Part shown: in pieces, positions 37,018-47,762 of the stretch
Position numbering within the stretch: position 1 is the stretch's first letter
Layout: the number at the start of each line of letters is the position of its first letter
Origin: Polyangiales bacterium
GTDB lineage: Bacteria > Myxococcota_A > Polyangia > Polyangiales > JADJQN01
DNA length: 64,000 nucleotides
Direction of reading: 5' to 3'
NCBI GenBank assembly: GCA_964202905.1
Contig: CAXNJO010000008.1
Span: 96,001 to 160,000, forward strand
The notes under the pieces: generated by a model
What the model was told of the DNA's origin: nothing
Databases searched by the model: none
What the model saw: only the letters and a program-made list of their open reading frames with translations
Made by a program: the position numbers and the translations under genes

Positions 37018-37479
37018 ATGCGTCTCCGCGAGATCCTCCAGCCCGAGCGCGTCGTCCCGCGCCTCGACGTGCACGACAAGCCGGCGGCCCTCCGCGCGCT
37101 CGCGCGCATCTTCGCCGCGAGCGACGCGCGGCTCGTGGAGGAGGACGTGCTCCGCGTGCTCTCGGAGCGCGAGGCGCTCGGCTCGACGGGCGTCGGGAGC
37201 GGCGTCGCGATTCCCCACGGCCGCCTGCATGGGCTCGACGCGATGCAGGCGGCCATCGCGCTCTGTCCGGATGGCGTCGGCTTCGACGCGGTCGACGGCG
37301 AGCCGGCGCAGATCTTCGTCGCGCTGCTCGCGCCCGATCGGCACACCGGCGATCACCTGAAGGCGCTCGCGCGCGTCTCTCGGCTGCTGCGCGACGCCTC
37401 CGTGCGTGAGCGCTTGCTCCGCGCGGAAGGCCGCGAGGCGTTGCTCGCGGTCGTCGAAGAAGAAGACGCGCGCCACTGA
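37018..37479 (+). CDS. ptsN: PTS EIIA(Ntr)-type protein
   Basis: EREALGSTGVGSGVAIPHG, FDAVDG, HLKALARVSR. Confidence 0.92.
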   Translation: MRLREILQPERVVPRLDVHDKPAALRALARIFAASDARLVEEDVLRVLSEREALGSTGVGSGVAIPHGRLHGLDAMQAAIALCPDGVGFDAVDGEPAQIFVALLAPDRHTGDHLKALARVSRLLRDASVRERLLRAEGREALLAVVEEEDARH

Positions 37480-37552
37480 GCGGCGTGGCGCCGCGGCACG
37501 GGCGGCGTGCGCGCACGGCCGTGCGGGAGGCCCGGCGAGGTCCTGGGCGCGC

Positions 37553-40500
37553 TCAGCCCGCCGCGGCCGTCGCCGGCGTGCCCGCTGCGGTGGCATCGAG
37601 ACGCGCGCGCACGGCGTGCCAGATCGCCTCGTGCGTGAGCGGTGAGGGCACGGTGACGCAGCCGCCTGCGGGGCCGAAGGACGCGATGGCGTCGCGCAGC
37701 GCCTCGCGCACCGAGAGCGCGAGCATGAGGGGCGGCTCGCCGACGGCCTTGCTCCCGTGCACCACGCCCGACTGCGTCGCGTGGGGGAAGAGCGTCACGT
37801 CGAAGCGCGACGGCGCGTCGCCGAAGGCGGGGATCTGGTAGGTGCTCGCCGAGTGCGTGAGCAGACGTCCGTCGTCGGACCAACGGAGCTCCTCCGCGGT
37901 GAGCCAGCCGACGCCTTGCAGGAAGCCGCCCTCGATCTGGCCGCGATCGATCGCGGCGTGCAGCGTGTCGCCGACGTCCTGCACGATGTCGACCGCGACG
38001 AGGCGCTTCATGCCCGAGAGGCCGTCGACCTCGACCTCGGCGAGCGCGGCGCCGAGCGCGAAGTAGTGGAAGGGCTTGCCGCGGCCTTTGGCGGCGTCGT
38101 AGTGGAGGGCGGGCGTGCGGTAGAAGCCCGTCACCGAGAGGGGCACCTGCGCGAAGTAGGCGTCGGACACGACGCGCTCGAAGGCCACCGCGCGCGCCGG
38201 CTCGTCGTGCGGCGCGACGTGACCGTCGGACCACACGAGCGCCTCGGCGTCGGGCGAGGCGCCGCCGTGCGCGGCCACGATCGCGCGGGCGGCGATGGGC
38301 GCGAGGCGCGCCTTCAGCTCGACGCACGCGTGGCGGACGGCGGCGCCGTTCAGATCCGCGCCCGCGGAGGCGGCCGTCGCCGAGGTGTTCGGGCACCTTG
38401 TCCGTCGCGGTCTTCATCACCCGCACGCGCTCGCGTGACAGGCCGAGCTCGCGCATCGCGATGCCGACGATCTTCGTGTGGAGCCCTTGGCCCATCTCGG
38501 TGCCGCCGTGGTTGACCTGCACGGAGCCGTCCCGGTACGACGAGCAAGAGCGCGCCGGCCTGGTTGAGGAAGCTCGCGGTGAACGAGATGCCGAACTTCA
38601 CCGGCGTGAGCGCGAGCCCGCGCTTCACCCACGGATTCGCGGCATTCCACGCGTCGATGTCGGCGCGGCGCGCGTCGAGGCGGGCGTCGCGGCGCAGCCC
38701 GCGCCAGAGCCGCTCGATGCGGTCGTCCTCGAGCAGCTGCCCGTAGTGCGTGGTGCGCGAGTCGCCTTCGCCGCGGTAGAGGTTGCGCTCACGGACGTCC
38801 TCCGGGCGCAGGCCGAGCGTGCGCGCGACGTGGTCGAGGACGTCCTCGACGACGAGCATGCCCTGCGGCCCACCGAAGCCGCGAAACGCGGTGTTCGAGA
38901 CGAGGTGCGTCTTCGCGACACGCCCGGTCGCGGAGAGCGCGGGGACGTAATACGCGTTGTCGAGATGGAAGAGCGCGCGGTCGAGGATCGACTGCGAGAG
39001 GTCGAGCGACCAGCCGCCGTTCGAGACGAGCTCGGCGCGCAGCGCGAGCAGGCGACCCTCGTCGTCGAAGCCCACCTCCCACCGCGCCGCGAAGGGGTGC
39101 CGCTTGCCCGTGAGGGCCATGTCGACGTCGCGATCGAGCATCACGCGCACGGGGCGGCGCGTCTTCCACGCGGCGAGCGCGACGAGCGCGGCCCACGTGT
39201 TGCCCTGTGTCTCCTTGCCGCCGAAGCCGCCGCCCATGCGCGGCGCGGTGACGACGACCTTGTGCCGCGGCAGGTGGAGCACGTGCGCGACGACGGCCTG
39301 AATCTCGGACGGATGCTGCGTCGAGGACACGACCTGCACGTCGTCGTCGTCGCCGCGCTCGGCCCACGCCGCCTGCGTCTCGAGGTAGAAATGCTCCTGC
39401 CCGCCGACGACGCTGTGGCCCGCGAGGCGGCGCGGCGCGCCCGCGAGCGCCGCGTCGACGTCACCGCGTGTGATGGTGTGCGGCTCGGTGTGGAAGGAGC
39501 CGGCCTCGATCGCGGCGTCGATCGTGAGCAGCGCGGGCAGGGGCTCGACCTCGACGATCACGGCGGCCGCGGCCGCGCGGCACGCGGCGACGCTGTCGCC
39601 GACGACGACCGCGACCATGTGGCCGTGGAAGAGGATCTCGCGATCGGCGAGCAGCGACTCGTCCTTGCGCAGCGCGCCGACGTCGTTCTCGCCGGGGATG
39701 TCGGCGGCCGTCAGCACCGCGGCGATGCCGGGCATCGCGCGCGCTGCGGTGGTGTCGACGCGCAGCACGCGCCCGTGCGCGCAACGTGCGGAGACGGGCC
39801 AGAGCGTGAGCGCGTCGGGCGGGAGTCGCGCGTCGTCCACGTAGCGTGCGGCGCCCGTGACGTGGCCACGGGCGCTCTCGTGCGCGAGCGCGCGTGACGG
39901 GCCTCCGGGCGCGTCGGTGGCGGCGAACCGACCGGGGACCTCGTAGTCGATCGCGTCGTCCTGCGCGCCACTCTCGACGCCGCGCGCGAGCTTCTCGAGC
40001 AGCCCGACGACGAGCCCGGCGCGGAAGGCCCGGCCGCCGCGCGCGTCGTCGAGCGGCGTGAACTCCGCGGCGAGCACGTCCCGGATGGCGTCGATGGCTG
40101 CGGGGCCCCACACGCGGCCGAGCAGCGCTTGCTCGGCGCGTCGCGCGCGCGCCGGGGTCGCCGCCACGCCCCCGTAGGCGAGCCGCGCGTGGCGCACGAG
40201 GCCCGCGTCGTCGGTGCCGATGCAGAACGCGGCGGCGACGATGCTGATGTCGAGCTCGCGTCGCTTGCTGACCTTCGCGGCGCGAATCGTCCGCGCGAGC
40301 CCGTCGCGCACCGCGCCCGGGCGCGGGATCACGATGGCGCGCACGATCTCCCCTGGCGCGAGGGCGGTCTTGCGGTACGCGAGGAAGAAGTCGGCGAGCG
40401 GCATCGTGCGCTCGCCGGACGCGCTCGCGAGCGTGAGGTCTGCGTCGAGCGCGAGCAGCACCGGGGCCATGTCGCCGATGGGCGACGCGGTGACGAGGTT

Positions 40501-41425
40501 GCCCGCGAGAGTCGCGCGGTTGCGGATCTGCCGGGACGCGAACACACGCAACATCGCGTCGACGGCCGGGATCTCGCCGGCGAGCGTCTCCTCGAGTTCG
40601 GTGAGCGTCGCCGCGCCGCCGACGACGAACGCATCGGGGCGAACCTCGATGCGGCGCAGGTCGGGCACCGCTTCGGTGGACACGAGGAACGGATACGTGT
40701 CGCCGCGCTTGTTGAGCCAGACGCCGATCTCCGTCGCGCCCGCGACGAGGACCGCCTCGGGGTGCGCGGCGAGCAACGCGAGCAGGGCCGTGAGGCTCGC
40801 GGGACGGGCGAAGCGCTGCCCGTCGCGCGTCTCGTCGAAGGCCGCGAGGGGCGCGTCCTTGCGGCGGAGCGTGAGCAGGTGGGGGTCTTCGCCGGCGCCC
40901 GTCCACGCGGTGCCGCGCTGGGCGATCGCCGCATCCATCGCGTCGCGGATCGGGCGGTAGCCGGTGCAGCGGCAGAGGTTGCCGCAGAGCTGGTCGGAGA
41001 CGTCGGCCGGCGTGCGGCACGCGTCCCGGTAGAAGCCCTCGAACATCGAGACCACGAAGCCGGGCGTGCAGAATCCGCACTGCGACCCGTGCTGGCGCAC
41101 CATCGCGTCTTGAACGGGGTGCAGCACCGTCGCCGTCGCCGTCGCCCGAGGTCGCGGCGAGCCCCTCGACCGTGAGGACCTCGCGCCCCGCGAGGGCGGT
41201 CGCGAGCGCGATGCAGGCGTTGATGGCGCGGAAGCGGCGCTCGCCGCTCGCGGGATCGGTGTCGACGAGGGCGACCGAGCACGCCCCGCAGTCGCCCTCG
41301 TTGCAGCCCATCTTCGTGCCGCAGAGCCCGGTGCCGCGAAGCCAGTCGAGCAGGGTGGTCGTGGTCGCCGTGCCCGCGAGGGACCGCTTCTCACCGTTGA
41401 CGATCACGTGCAGCGCGGAGGTCAT
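37553..41425 (-). CDS. xdhB: Xanthine dehydrogenase, single-chain 2Fe-2S/FAD/Moco fusion (XdhA+XdhB); frameshifts at about 41140, 38538 and 38391
   Basis: GCNEGDCGAC, QCGFCTPG, GNLCRCTGY, QIRNRATLAGN, GQEHFYLE, GGGFGGKE, AFRGFGGPQG, SKAVGEPP. Confidence 0.92.
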
Positions 41426-41470
41426 CGCGCGACCATACCGCAGAGGCCCCGCTGCGATCACGCGCGCCGA

Positions 41471-42325
41471 TCAACGTGCGCGACGCCAGCGGATCAGCTC
41501 GCCAGCGATCGCGACCGCGATCTCGTCGGGGCTGCGCGCGCCGATGTCGAGCCCGATGGGCATCCGCACCCGCGCGAGGTCCGCCGCGGGGAAGCCGCGC
41601 GCCTCGAGCCGCGCGAGCGTCCGTGCGTGCTTGGCGCGCGAGCCGACGCCTCCGACGAACGCGAAACCCTCGCGGAGCGCCCACTCGACGACCGCCTGAT
41701 CGCGCTGGTGATCGTGGGTCATCGCGACGACCGCGGCCTCTCGGGGCAGGGTGCGCCCCGCCTCGTCCCACGGCTCCGCGAGGCAGCGCAGGCGCGGCCC
41801 CGCCATCGTCTCCGCGGCGCGCGCGATCCACGCCTCGCGCTCATCGGCCAGGGTCACGGCGAAGCCGCACCGGGCGAGCAGCGGCGCGCACGCCTGGCCG
41901 ACGTGGCCCGCGCCCACGACGAGCACGGGGCACGCGGAGGCGAGCGTCTCGATCAGCACCTCGACGGTGCCGCCGCAGCACATGCCGAGCGAGGCGCCGA
42001 GCCGATACACCTCGCGCGCGGCCCCGGCCTCGCCGCCCGCCGCGAGCCGCCGCGTGAGCGCGTCGAGCACCGCACGCTCGAGCGCGCCGCCCCCCACCGT
42101 GCCGACGCAGGCGCCCTCCGACGCGAGCAGAAGTTTCTGTCCGGGCGTCGCGGGCGTCGAGCCGCGGCGGTCGATCACCGTCGCGAGCACGACCCGCGCG
42201 CCTTGCCCGGCGAGCTCGCCCGCGACCCGCAGCACCTCGGCCGCGTCCGCGGTGCGCGGGGCGTGCACGACATCGCGTGCGGTGTCTTCCTCGACGAGGT
42301 GCTCCGGCCGCGCGTCGGACGTCAT
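41471..42325 (-). CDS. xdhC: Xanthine dehydrogenase accessory protein XdhC/CoxI
   Basis: GSTP, GTVGGG, GMCCGG, GAGHVG, MTHDH, GSRAK, PIGLDIGARSPDEIA. Confidence 0.92.
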   Translation of the reverse strand: MTSDARPEHLVEEDTARDVVHAPRTADAAEVLRVAGELAGQGARVVLATVIDRRGSTPATPGQKLLLASEGACVGTVGGGALERAVLDALTRRLAAGGEAGAAREVYRLGASLGMCCGGTVEVLIETLASACPVLVVGAGHVGQACAPLLARCGFAVTLADEREAWIARAAETMAGPRLRCLAEPWDEAGRTLPREAAVVAMTHDHQRDQAVVEWALREGFAFVGGVGSRAKHARTLARLEARGFPAADLARVRMPIGLDIGARSPDEIAVAIAGELIRWRRAR

Positions 42326-43188
42326 GGCGATGCCCCGGCCGCGCGCTGCGCCGCGAACTCCCGGGCGATGCGCGTGAGCAGCAGGCCGGGCAGGGCGCCG
42401 TGCCCGGCGCGGCTCGCCTCGATGCGCACGCGTGCGACGCGCTCTCCCGGCGTGCGTGCGCGCTGCGCGAGTGACGCGAGACGTGCGCTCTCGTCGCGCG
42501 TCCGTCCTGCGCCGGTGTGGACGCTGAGCACGTGGCGTGCGGGGTCGCGCACCACCCAGCGCGCGAGGGCGGGCGCGCCCGCGTAGAGCGCGTCGAGCAG
42601 CGCGACGAGGTGCACCCGTCGCGCGCTCGAGGGATCGCGCGTGATCGCGAGTGCCGTCTCGAACCCTGCGCTGTGCGCGACGAGCGCGACCGGGGCGTCG
42701 CGCCAACGGTCCACGCCGCCGGGGAGGCGCGCCGCGAGCGCGTCGAGCGTCTCCGCGAGCCAAGCGCCGAAGAAGCCGCGCTCCGCGAAGCGCCCGGCGC
42801 TGCCGTCACGCTCCGCGAGCGAGAGCTGCGGGACGAGCAGCAGCGAGGCCGTGTCGCTCTCGTCCACGCGCGCGCCGAGTCCCCAGCCCGGCCGCACGCG
42901 CCCCGCGCAGCGCGCCGCCTCGGACGCGATCATCGCCGCGGCGCAGCACGTCCAGCCGTGCAGCACGACGAGCACCTGCGGTGCGCCACGCGCGGCCCCG
43001 GGCGGCAGGTACGCGACCGTCGTCGGCGCGCCGCGCGGTACGGGATGCGAGGCGTGCGTGAGGGCGAGCGTCACCGTCGTGCCGCGCGCATCGGCCGACG
43101 CCGCACCAGGCGCGGGCAGGGCGCCCGCGAGCACCACGACCGCCGCGAGGTGCCACGCAGCGAGCGACGCGTCGGAGGCGAGGGACAC
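42322..43188 (-). CDS. Secreted alpha/beta-hydrolase-like protein
   Basis: Signal-like N-terminus; LHGW, AHSAG nucleophile elbow, LLDALY, GHG. Confidence 0.6.
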   Translation of the reverse strand: MSLASDASLAAWHLAAVVVLAGALPAPGAASADARGTTVTLALTHASHPVPRGAPTTVAYLPPGAARGAPQVLVVLHGWTCCAAAMIASEAARCAGRVRPGWGLGARVDESDTASLLLVPQLSLAERDGSAGRFAERGFFGAWLAETLDALAARLPGGVDRWRDAPVALVAHSAGFETALAITRDPSSARRVHLVALLDALYAGAPALARWVVRDPARHVLSVHTGAGRTRDESARLASLAQRARTPGERVARVRIEASRAGHGALPGLLLTRIAREFAAQRAAGASP

Positions 43189-43242
43189 CGGCCGACCCTA
43201 CCGTGGCCGCGTGCGCGGGCAAACGTCGTATTCTGCGCGGCG

Positions 43243-44217
43243 ATGTCGGAGTCCATCGTCCCCGTACTGGTCTCCGCCCTGCTCGCGCACCCGCGCCTCT
43301 CGCCGCTCGTGGCCCTTCGCGCGGGCACTGAGGGGCTCTCGCGCACCGTCGCGCACGCCCGCGTCCAGAAGTCCGGGCTCGTCTTCGCGGGGCACGTGAC
43401 CGGTATGGACCCGGCGCGTGTGCAGGTCGTCGGCGAGACCGAGCAGAGCTACCTGCGCACCCTCGATGACGTGACGCGCCGCGTCAACATCGCGCGCTAC
43501 TTCGCGCTCGCGCCCGCGCTCACCGTCGTCACGCGGGGCGCGGCGCCGCACGACGATCTGCGGCTCGAGGCCGAGCGCAGCGGCGCGCCGCTGGCGGTCG
43601 TCGAGGCGTCCTCGAGCGACGCGATCCAGCTCGTGCACGCCGCGCTCGACGAGCTGCTCGCGCCGCGCGCCATGCTGCACGGCGATCTCGTCGAAATCCA
43701 TGGGATGGGCACGCTCCTGCTCGGACCGAGCGGCATCGGCAAGAGCGAGTGCGCGCTCTTCCTCGTCGAGCGCGGACACCGGCTCGTCGCCGACGATCGC
43801 GTGCGACTCACGCGTCCTCCGCGCGGCGGCGTGGTGGGCAGCCCCGAGCCGCTGCTCCAGCATCACCTCGAGATCCGCGGGCTCGGCATCCTCAACGTCC
43901 GCGATCTCTACGGCGCCACCGCGGTGCGCGCCGAGGTGCCGATCGAGCTGGTCGTCGAGCTGTGCCCGTGGGACGACGCCGCGCCGTACGATCGACTCGG
44001 CATCGACGACGCGTTCCACGTGCTGCTCGGGGTGCCCGTGCCGATGTTGCGGATCCCCGTGCGGCCCGGCCGCGAGATGGCGACCCTCCTCGAGGTCGCG
44101 GCGCGCAACGAGCAGCTCAAGCGCGACGGTCACCACGGCGCACGCGCGTTCGTGGCGCGGCTCGCGCAAGCGCGACCGACGACGCCCGACGAGGGCAGCG
44201 GCGAGGCCGCGGGCTGA
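43243..44217 (+). CDS. hprK: HPr kinase/phosphorylase
   Basis: GPSGIGKSE, LVADD, LEIRGLGILNV, IPVRPGR. Confidence 0.95.
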   Translation: MSESIVPVLVSALLAHPRLSPLVALRAGTEGLSRTVAHARVQKSGLVFAGHVTGMDPARVQVVGETEQSYLRTLDDVTRRVNIARYFALAPALTVVTRGAAPHDDLRLEAERSGAPLAVVEASSSDAIQLVHAALDELLAPRAMLHGDLVEIHGMGTLLLGPSGIGKSECALFLVERGHRLVADDRVRLTRPPRGGVVGSPEPLLQHHLEIRGLGILNVRDLYGATAVRAEVPIELVVELCPWDDAAPYDRLGIDDAFHVLLGVPVPMLRIPVRPGREMATLLEVAARNEQLKRDGHHGARAFVARLAQARPTTPDEGSGEAAG

Positions 44218-44299
44218 CGCGGGCACGGCGTTCGGTGCGGACACGGCGCAGGGGGACGCGCGTCGCGCGCGCCGCTGGTTCCCGGACCGGCGCGCCGCT

Positions 44300-45169
44300 A
44301 TGCTCACGCGCGTGTCTGCGCTGCATGTCGTCGTGGTGACGGGGCTCTCCGGTGCGGGGCGCAGCACGGCCCTCGACGTCCTCGAGGACCTCGGCTTCTT
44401 CTGCGTCGACAACCTCCCGCCCCCGGTCGTGCCGCAGATGCTCGCGACCCTCGCCCCGGAGGCCGCGATCGCGAAGGTCGCGCTCGGCATCGACGTGCGT
44501 ACCGGCACTTTCCTCGAGGCCGCGGACCCCATCCTCAAGGACCTGAGCGCGGGCGGGCACGACGTCGAGATTCTCTTCCTCGACGCGGCCGACACCGCCC
44601 TCGTTCAGCGCTACTCCGAGACGCGACGCCCGCATCCGCTCGCGCCGGGCGGCGACCTCCTCGCGGCGATCCAGAGCGAGCGCGAACGCCTCGCGATCCT
44701 GCGCGCGCGGGCCCGCCACGTCATCGACACCACGCGCCTCAACGTCCACGACCTCCGGCGCCTCCTCGTCGACCTCGTCGCGCGCACGGGCGGACGCCCG
44801 CGCATGGTCACGCGGTTCGTGTCGTTCGGCTTCAAATACGGGCTCCCCGTCGACGCGGACCTCGTCTTCGATCTGCGCTACCTGCCCAACCCGCACTTCG
44901 TCCCCGAGCTGCGTCCGAAGACCGGTCAGGACCCGGACGTCGCCGCCTTCGTGCTCGGCGCGCCGGAGACACAGGAGCTGCTCGGCGACCTCGAGCGCAT
45001 GCTCTCGCGCATGCTCCCGCGCTACGAGCGCGAGGGGAAGGCGTACCTCACGATCGCGGTCGGTTGCACCGGCGGCAAGCACCGCAGCGTCGCGGTCGCG
45101 GGCGAGCTCGGGCGTCTCTTCGAGCGCGCGCGGGAGATCGCCGTGGTGCATCGCGACGCGGCGCGCTGA
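44300..45169 (+). CDS. rapZ: RNase adapter RapZ (P-loop NTPase)
   Basis: GLSGAGRS, CVDNLP, ETRRPHP, SFGFKYG, GCTGGKHRSV. Confidence 0.95.
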   Translation: MLTRVSALHVVVVTGLSGAGRSTALDVLEDLGFFCVDNLPPPVVPQMLATLAPEAAIAKVALGIDVRTGTFLEAADPILKDLSAGGHDVEILFLDAADTALVQRYSETRRPHPLAPGGDLLAAIQSERERLAILRARARHVIDTTRLNVHDLRRLLVDLVARTGGRPRMVTRFVSFGFKYGLPVDADLVFDLRYLPNPHFVPELRPKTGQDPDVAAFVLGAPETQELLGDLERMLSRMLPRYEREGKAYLTIAVGCTGGKHRSVAVAGELGRLFERAREIAVVHRDAAR

Positions 45170-45175
45170 GGCGGG

Positions 45176-45463
45176 ATGGAGGACGCGGACGCGGTCGCCG
45201 AGGCGACGTTCGAGATCGTGAACCACCTCGGGCTCCACGCGCGCGCGGCCGCGAAGCTCGTGCAGCTCGCGGGGCGCTTCGCCGCGCACGTCGAGGCCGC
45301 GAAGGACGGGCAGTGCGTGAACGCCAAGAGCGTGATGGGCGTGCTCCTGCTCTGCGGCGCGCGGGGCACGCACGTCACGATCCGCGCGCGCGGCGCGGAC
45401 GCGGCCGAGGCCGTCGCGGCCATCGGCGCGCTCATCGCGGCGCGCTTCGGCGAGGAGCGTTGA
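45176..45463 (+). CDS. ptsH: Phosphocarrier protein HPr/NPr
   Basis: GLHARAA (His15) and NAKSVMG (Ser46). Confidence 0.93.
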   Translation: MEDADAVAEATFEIVNHLGLHARAAAKLVQLAGRFAAHVEAAKDGQCVNAKSVMGVLLLCGARGTHVTIRARGADAAEAVAAIGALIAARFGEER

Positions 45464-47238
45464 GCGCCCGCGCTCAGGCCGACGAACGCTGTCTGCGCGG
45501 CGTCGCGGCCGCGCCCGGGATCGCGCTCGGCCCGGCGCACGTGCTCGATGGTCGGCCCCTGCCGATCGCCCGCGCGCGGCTCGACGAAGCCGACGTGCCG
45601 CGCGAGCTCTCACGGCTGCGCGTCGCGCTCGACGCGGCGGCGTCCGAGCTCGAGTCGCTCGCGGCGACCACGCCGCACGAGGCCGCGGTCGCGCTCCGCC
45701 CCATGCTCGACGCGTACCTCGCGATGCACCGGGATCCGCTCCTCGTCGCCGGCTGCGAGCGCGCGATCCGCGACGAGCGCAAGGGCGCCGAGTGGGCCGT
45801 GCGCGACACCGTCGATGCGCTCTGCGCGCAGCTCTCCGCGGTGCGCGATCCGTATCTGCGTGAGCGCGCCGCGGACGTCGCGCACGTCGGCGACCGGATC
45901 GTGCGCGCGCTGCTCGGGCGCGGCGGGACGTCGCCGGTGGTGCCGGCGGGCTCCGTGATCGTCGCGCACGATCTGGGCGCCGCGGAGGCCGTGGCGCTCC
46001 TGCGCGCGCAGGTCGCGGGCCTCGTGCTCGAGCTCGGCAGCCCGACGAGTCACACGGCGATCCTCGCGCGCACGCTGCAGGTCCCCGTGGTCGTCGGTGT
46101 CGCGGACGCGGTGCGTCGCGTCCCGCAGGGCGCGCGTGTCGTCGTCGACGCGCTGCGTGGCGAGGTGCGCGTCGACCCCGACGAGGCCGCGACGCGCGGC
46201 GCCGACGAGCGCGCCCGCCGCTATGGCCACTTCCGTGGGCGCCTGCGTGCGCACCGCGACGCGGGGTGCGCGACGCGCGACGGGCTCACGATCGCGCTCG
46301 GCGCCAACGTCGAGCAGGCGGCGGAGGCGGCGCATGCGGTGCGCGAGGGCGCCGCGGGGGTCGCGCTTTTCCGCACCGAGTACCTCTACCTGGGTCATGC
46401 CGAGCCGCCCGACGAGGACGCGCAGGCGCGGCTCTACGCGGAGGCCGCGCGTGCGCTCGGCCCGCAGCCGCTCGTCATCCGCACGTTCGACCTCGGCGCC
46501 GACAAACTCGCGGTTGCGAGCGAGCCGCTGCGCGCCGCGAACCCCGCGCTCGGTCTGCGCGGCCTGCGCCTCGCGCTCACGCGCCCGGACCTCTTCCGCA
46601 CACAGCTCCGCGCGATCCTGCGCGCCGCGGTCGAAGGCGATGTGCGCCTCATGTTCCCGATGGTCGCGGGGGTCGCGGATCTCCGCGCCGCGCGGTCCCT
46701 CGTCGAGCGTGCCGTGCACGAGCTCGCGGCCGACGGCTTGCCGCATCGCCGCGTGCCGGTGGGCGCGATGATCGAGGTGCCCTCGGCCGCGCTGATGGCC
46801 GACGCGCTCGCGCGCGAGTGCGACTTCTTCAGCGTCGGCACCAACGATCTCGTGCAGTACGCGCTCGCCGTCGATCGCGGTGATCCGCGGCTCGCAGCCC
46901 TCGCTCGGGCGCACGATCCCGCCGTCCTGCGGCTGCTCGACGCGACGGCGCGCGCCGCCGCGGCGCGTGGCGTCCCGCTGGCGATGTGCGGGGACATGGC
47001 CGGCGATCCGAGGACGCTCCCCCTCGCGATCGGCCTCGGGTACACGGCGCTCGGGATGCCGCTCCCGCAGATCCCGCTCGCGCGCGCGGTGATCGCCGCC
47101 CTCGACGCGGACGAGGTCCGCGCGATCGCGCGGGAGGCGCTCGGGCTCGCGACCGCCGAGGACGTCGAGGCGCTCGTCGTCGCGCGGCTCGGGCCCTCGC
47201 TGCACGCGATCTGGGAAGAGCAGGGGCTCGAGAACTAG
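45460..47238 (+). CDS. ptsI: PEP-protein phosphotransferase (Enzyme I), no GAF domain
   Basis: GSPTSHTAILAR, LFRTE, IRTFDLGADK, NPALGLRG, SVGTNDLVQY, CGDMAG; TTG start. Confidence 0.93.
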   Translation: MSARAQADERCLRGVAAAPGIALGPAHVLDGRPLPIARARLDEADVPRELSRLRVALDAAASELESLAATTPHEAAVALRPMLDAYLAMHRDPLLVAGCERAIRDERKGAEWAVRDTVDALCAQLSAVRDPYLRERAADVAHVGDRIVRALLGRGGTSPVVPAGSVIVAHDLGAAEAVALLRAQVAGLVLELGSPTSHTAILARTLQVPVVVGVADAVRRVPQGARVVVDALRGEVRVDPDEAATRGADERARRYGHFRGRLRAHRDAGCATRDGLTIALGANVEQAAEAAHAVREGAAGVALFRTEYLYLGHAEPPDEDAQARLYAEAARALGPQPLVIRTFDLGADKLAVASEPLRAANPALGLRGLRLALTRPDLFRTQLRAILRAAVEGDVRLMFPMVAGVADLRAARSLVERAVHELAADGLPHRRVPVGAMIEVPSAALMADALARECDFFSVGTNDLVQYALAVDRGDPRLAALARAHDPAVLRLLDATARAAAARGVPLAMCGDMAGDPRTLPLAIGLGYTALGMPLPQIPLARAVIAALDADEVRAIAREALGLATAEDVEALVVARLGPSLHAIWEEQGLEN

Positions 47239-47762
47239 CGGGCGTGCTCGAGCAGCCGCTCGAGCTTGGTCTCGCTGGCGAACCCGGTGTGCCTCGCGAC
47301 GATGTGGCCCTCGGCGTCGAGCACCACGAGGGTCGGCACACCCGCGAGCGTGCCGAGCGCCGTGCGACCCGCGAGCACGCGCGGCTCGGGCTCGTACGCC
47401 ACGGTGAAGGCGACACCGAGCGCCTCGGCCCACGCACCCGCGAGCGCCGCCGCGTCGGGCTGCACGGCGACGGCGACGACGTGCACGTCCGCCCCGTGCA
47501 GGCGCGCGAACCGGGCGAGTGGCCGCGTCGCGGCCTGCGAGAGCGCGTCGAACGTCGCGAAGAAGAAGAGCACGACGGGGCGCCCGCCCATGGCGCCGAC
47601 CTCGATGAACGACCCTTCAGTCGTGCGGAGCGCGAGCTCGAGCGGCTCGGCCTCGCGCGGCGCGTGGCTCGTCCCGACGCCGCCGTTCGCGGGCCCGCCA
47701 CACGCGGCGATGAGCGCGACGAACGCCACGGCGCCCGCGTGACGCGTCCCGCGCGGACCCAT
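47235..47762 (-). CDS. TlpA/redoxin-fold lipoprotein lacking CxxC
   Basis: IAAC lipobox; GRPVVLFFFATFDALS; GVPTLVVLDAEG...HTG. Confidence 0.7.
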   Translation of the reverse strand: MGPRGTRHAGAVAFVALIAACGGPANGGVGTSHAPREAEPLELALRTTEGSFIEVGAMGGRPVVLFFFATFDALSQAATRPLARFARLHGADVHVVAVAVQPDAAALAGAWAEALGVAFTVAYEPEPRVLAGRTALGTLAGVPTLVVLDAEGHIVARHTGFASETKLERLLEHAR

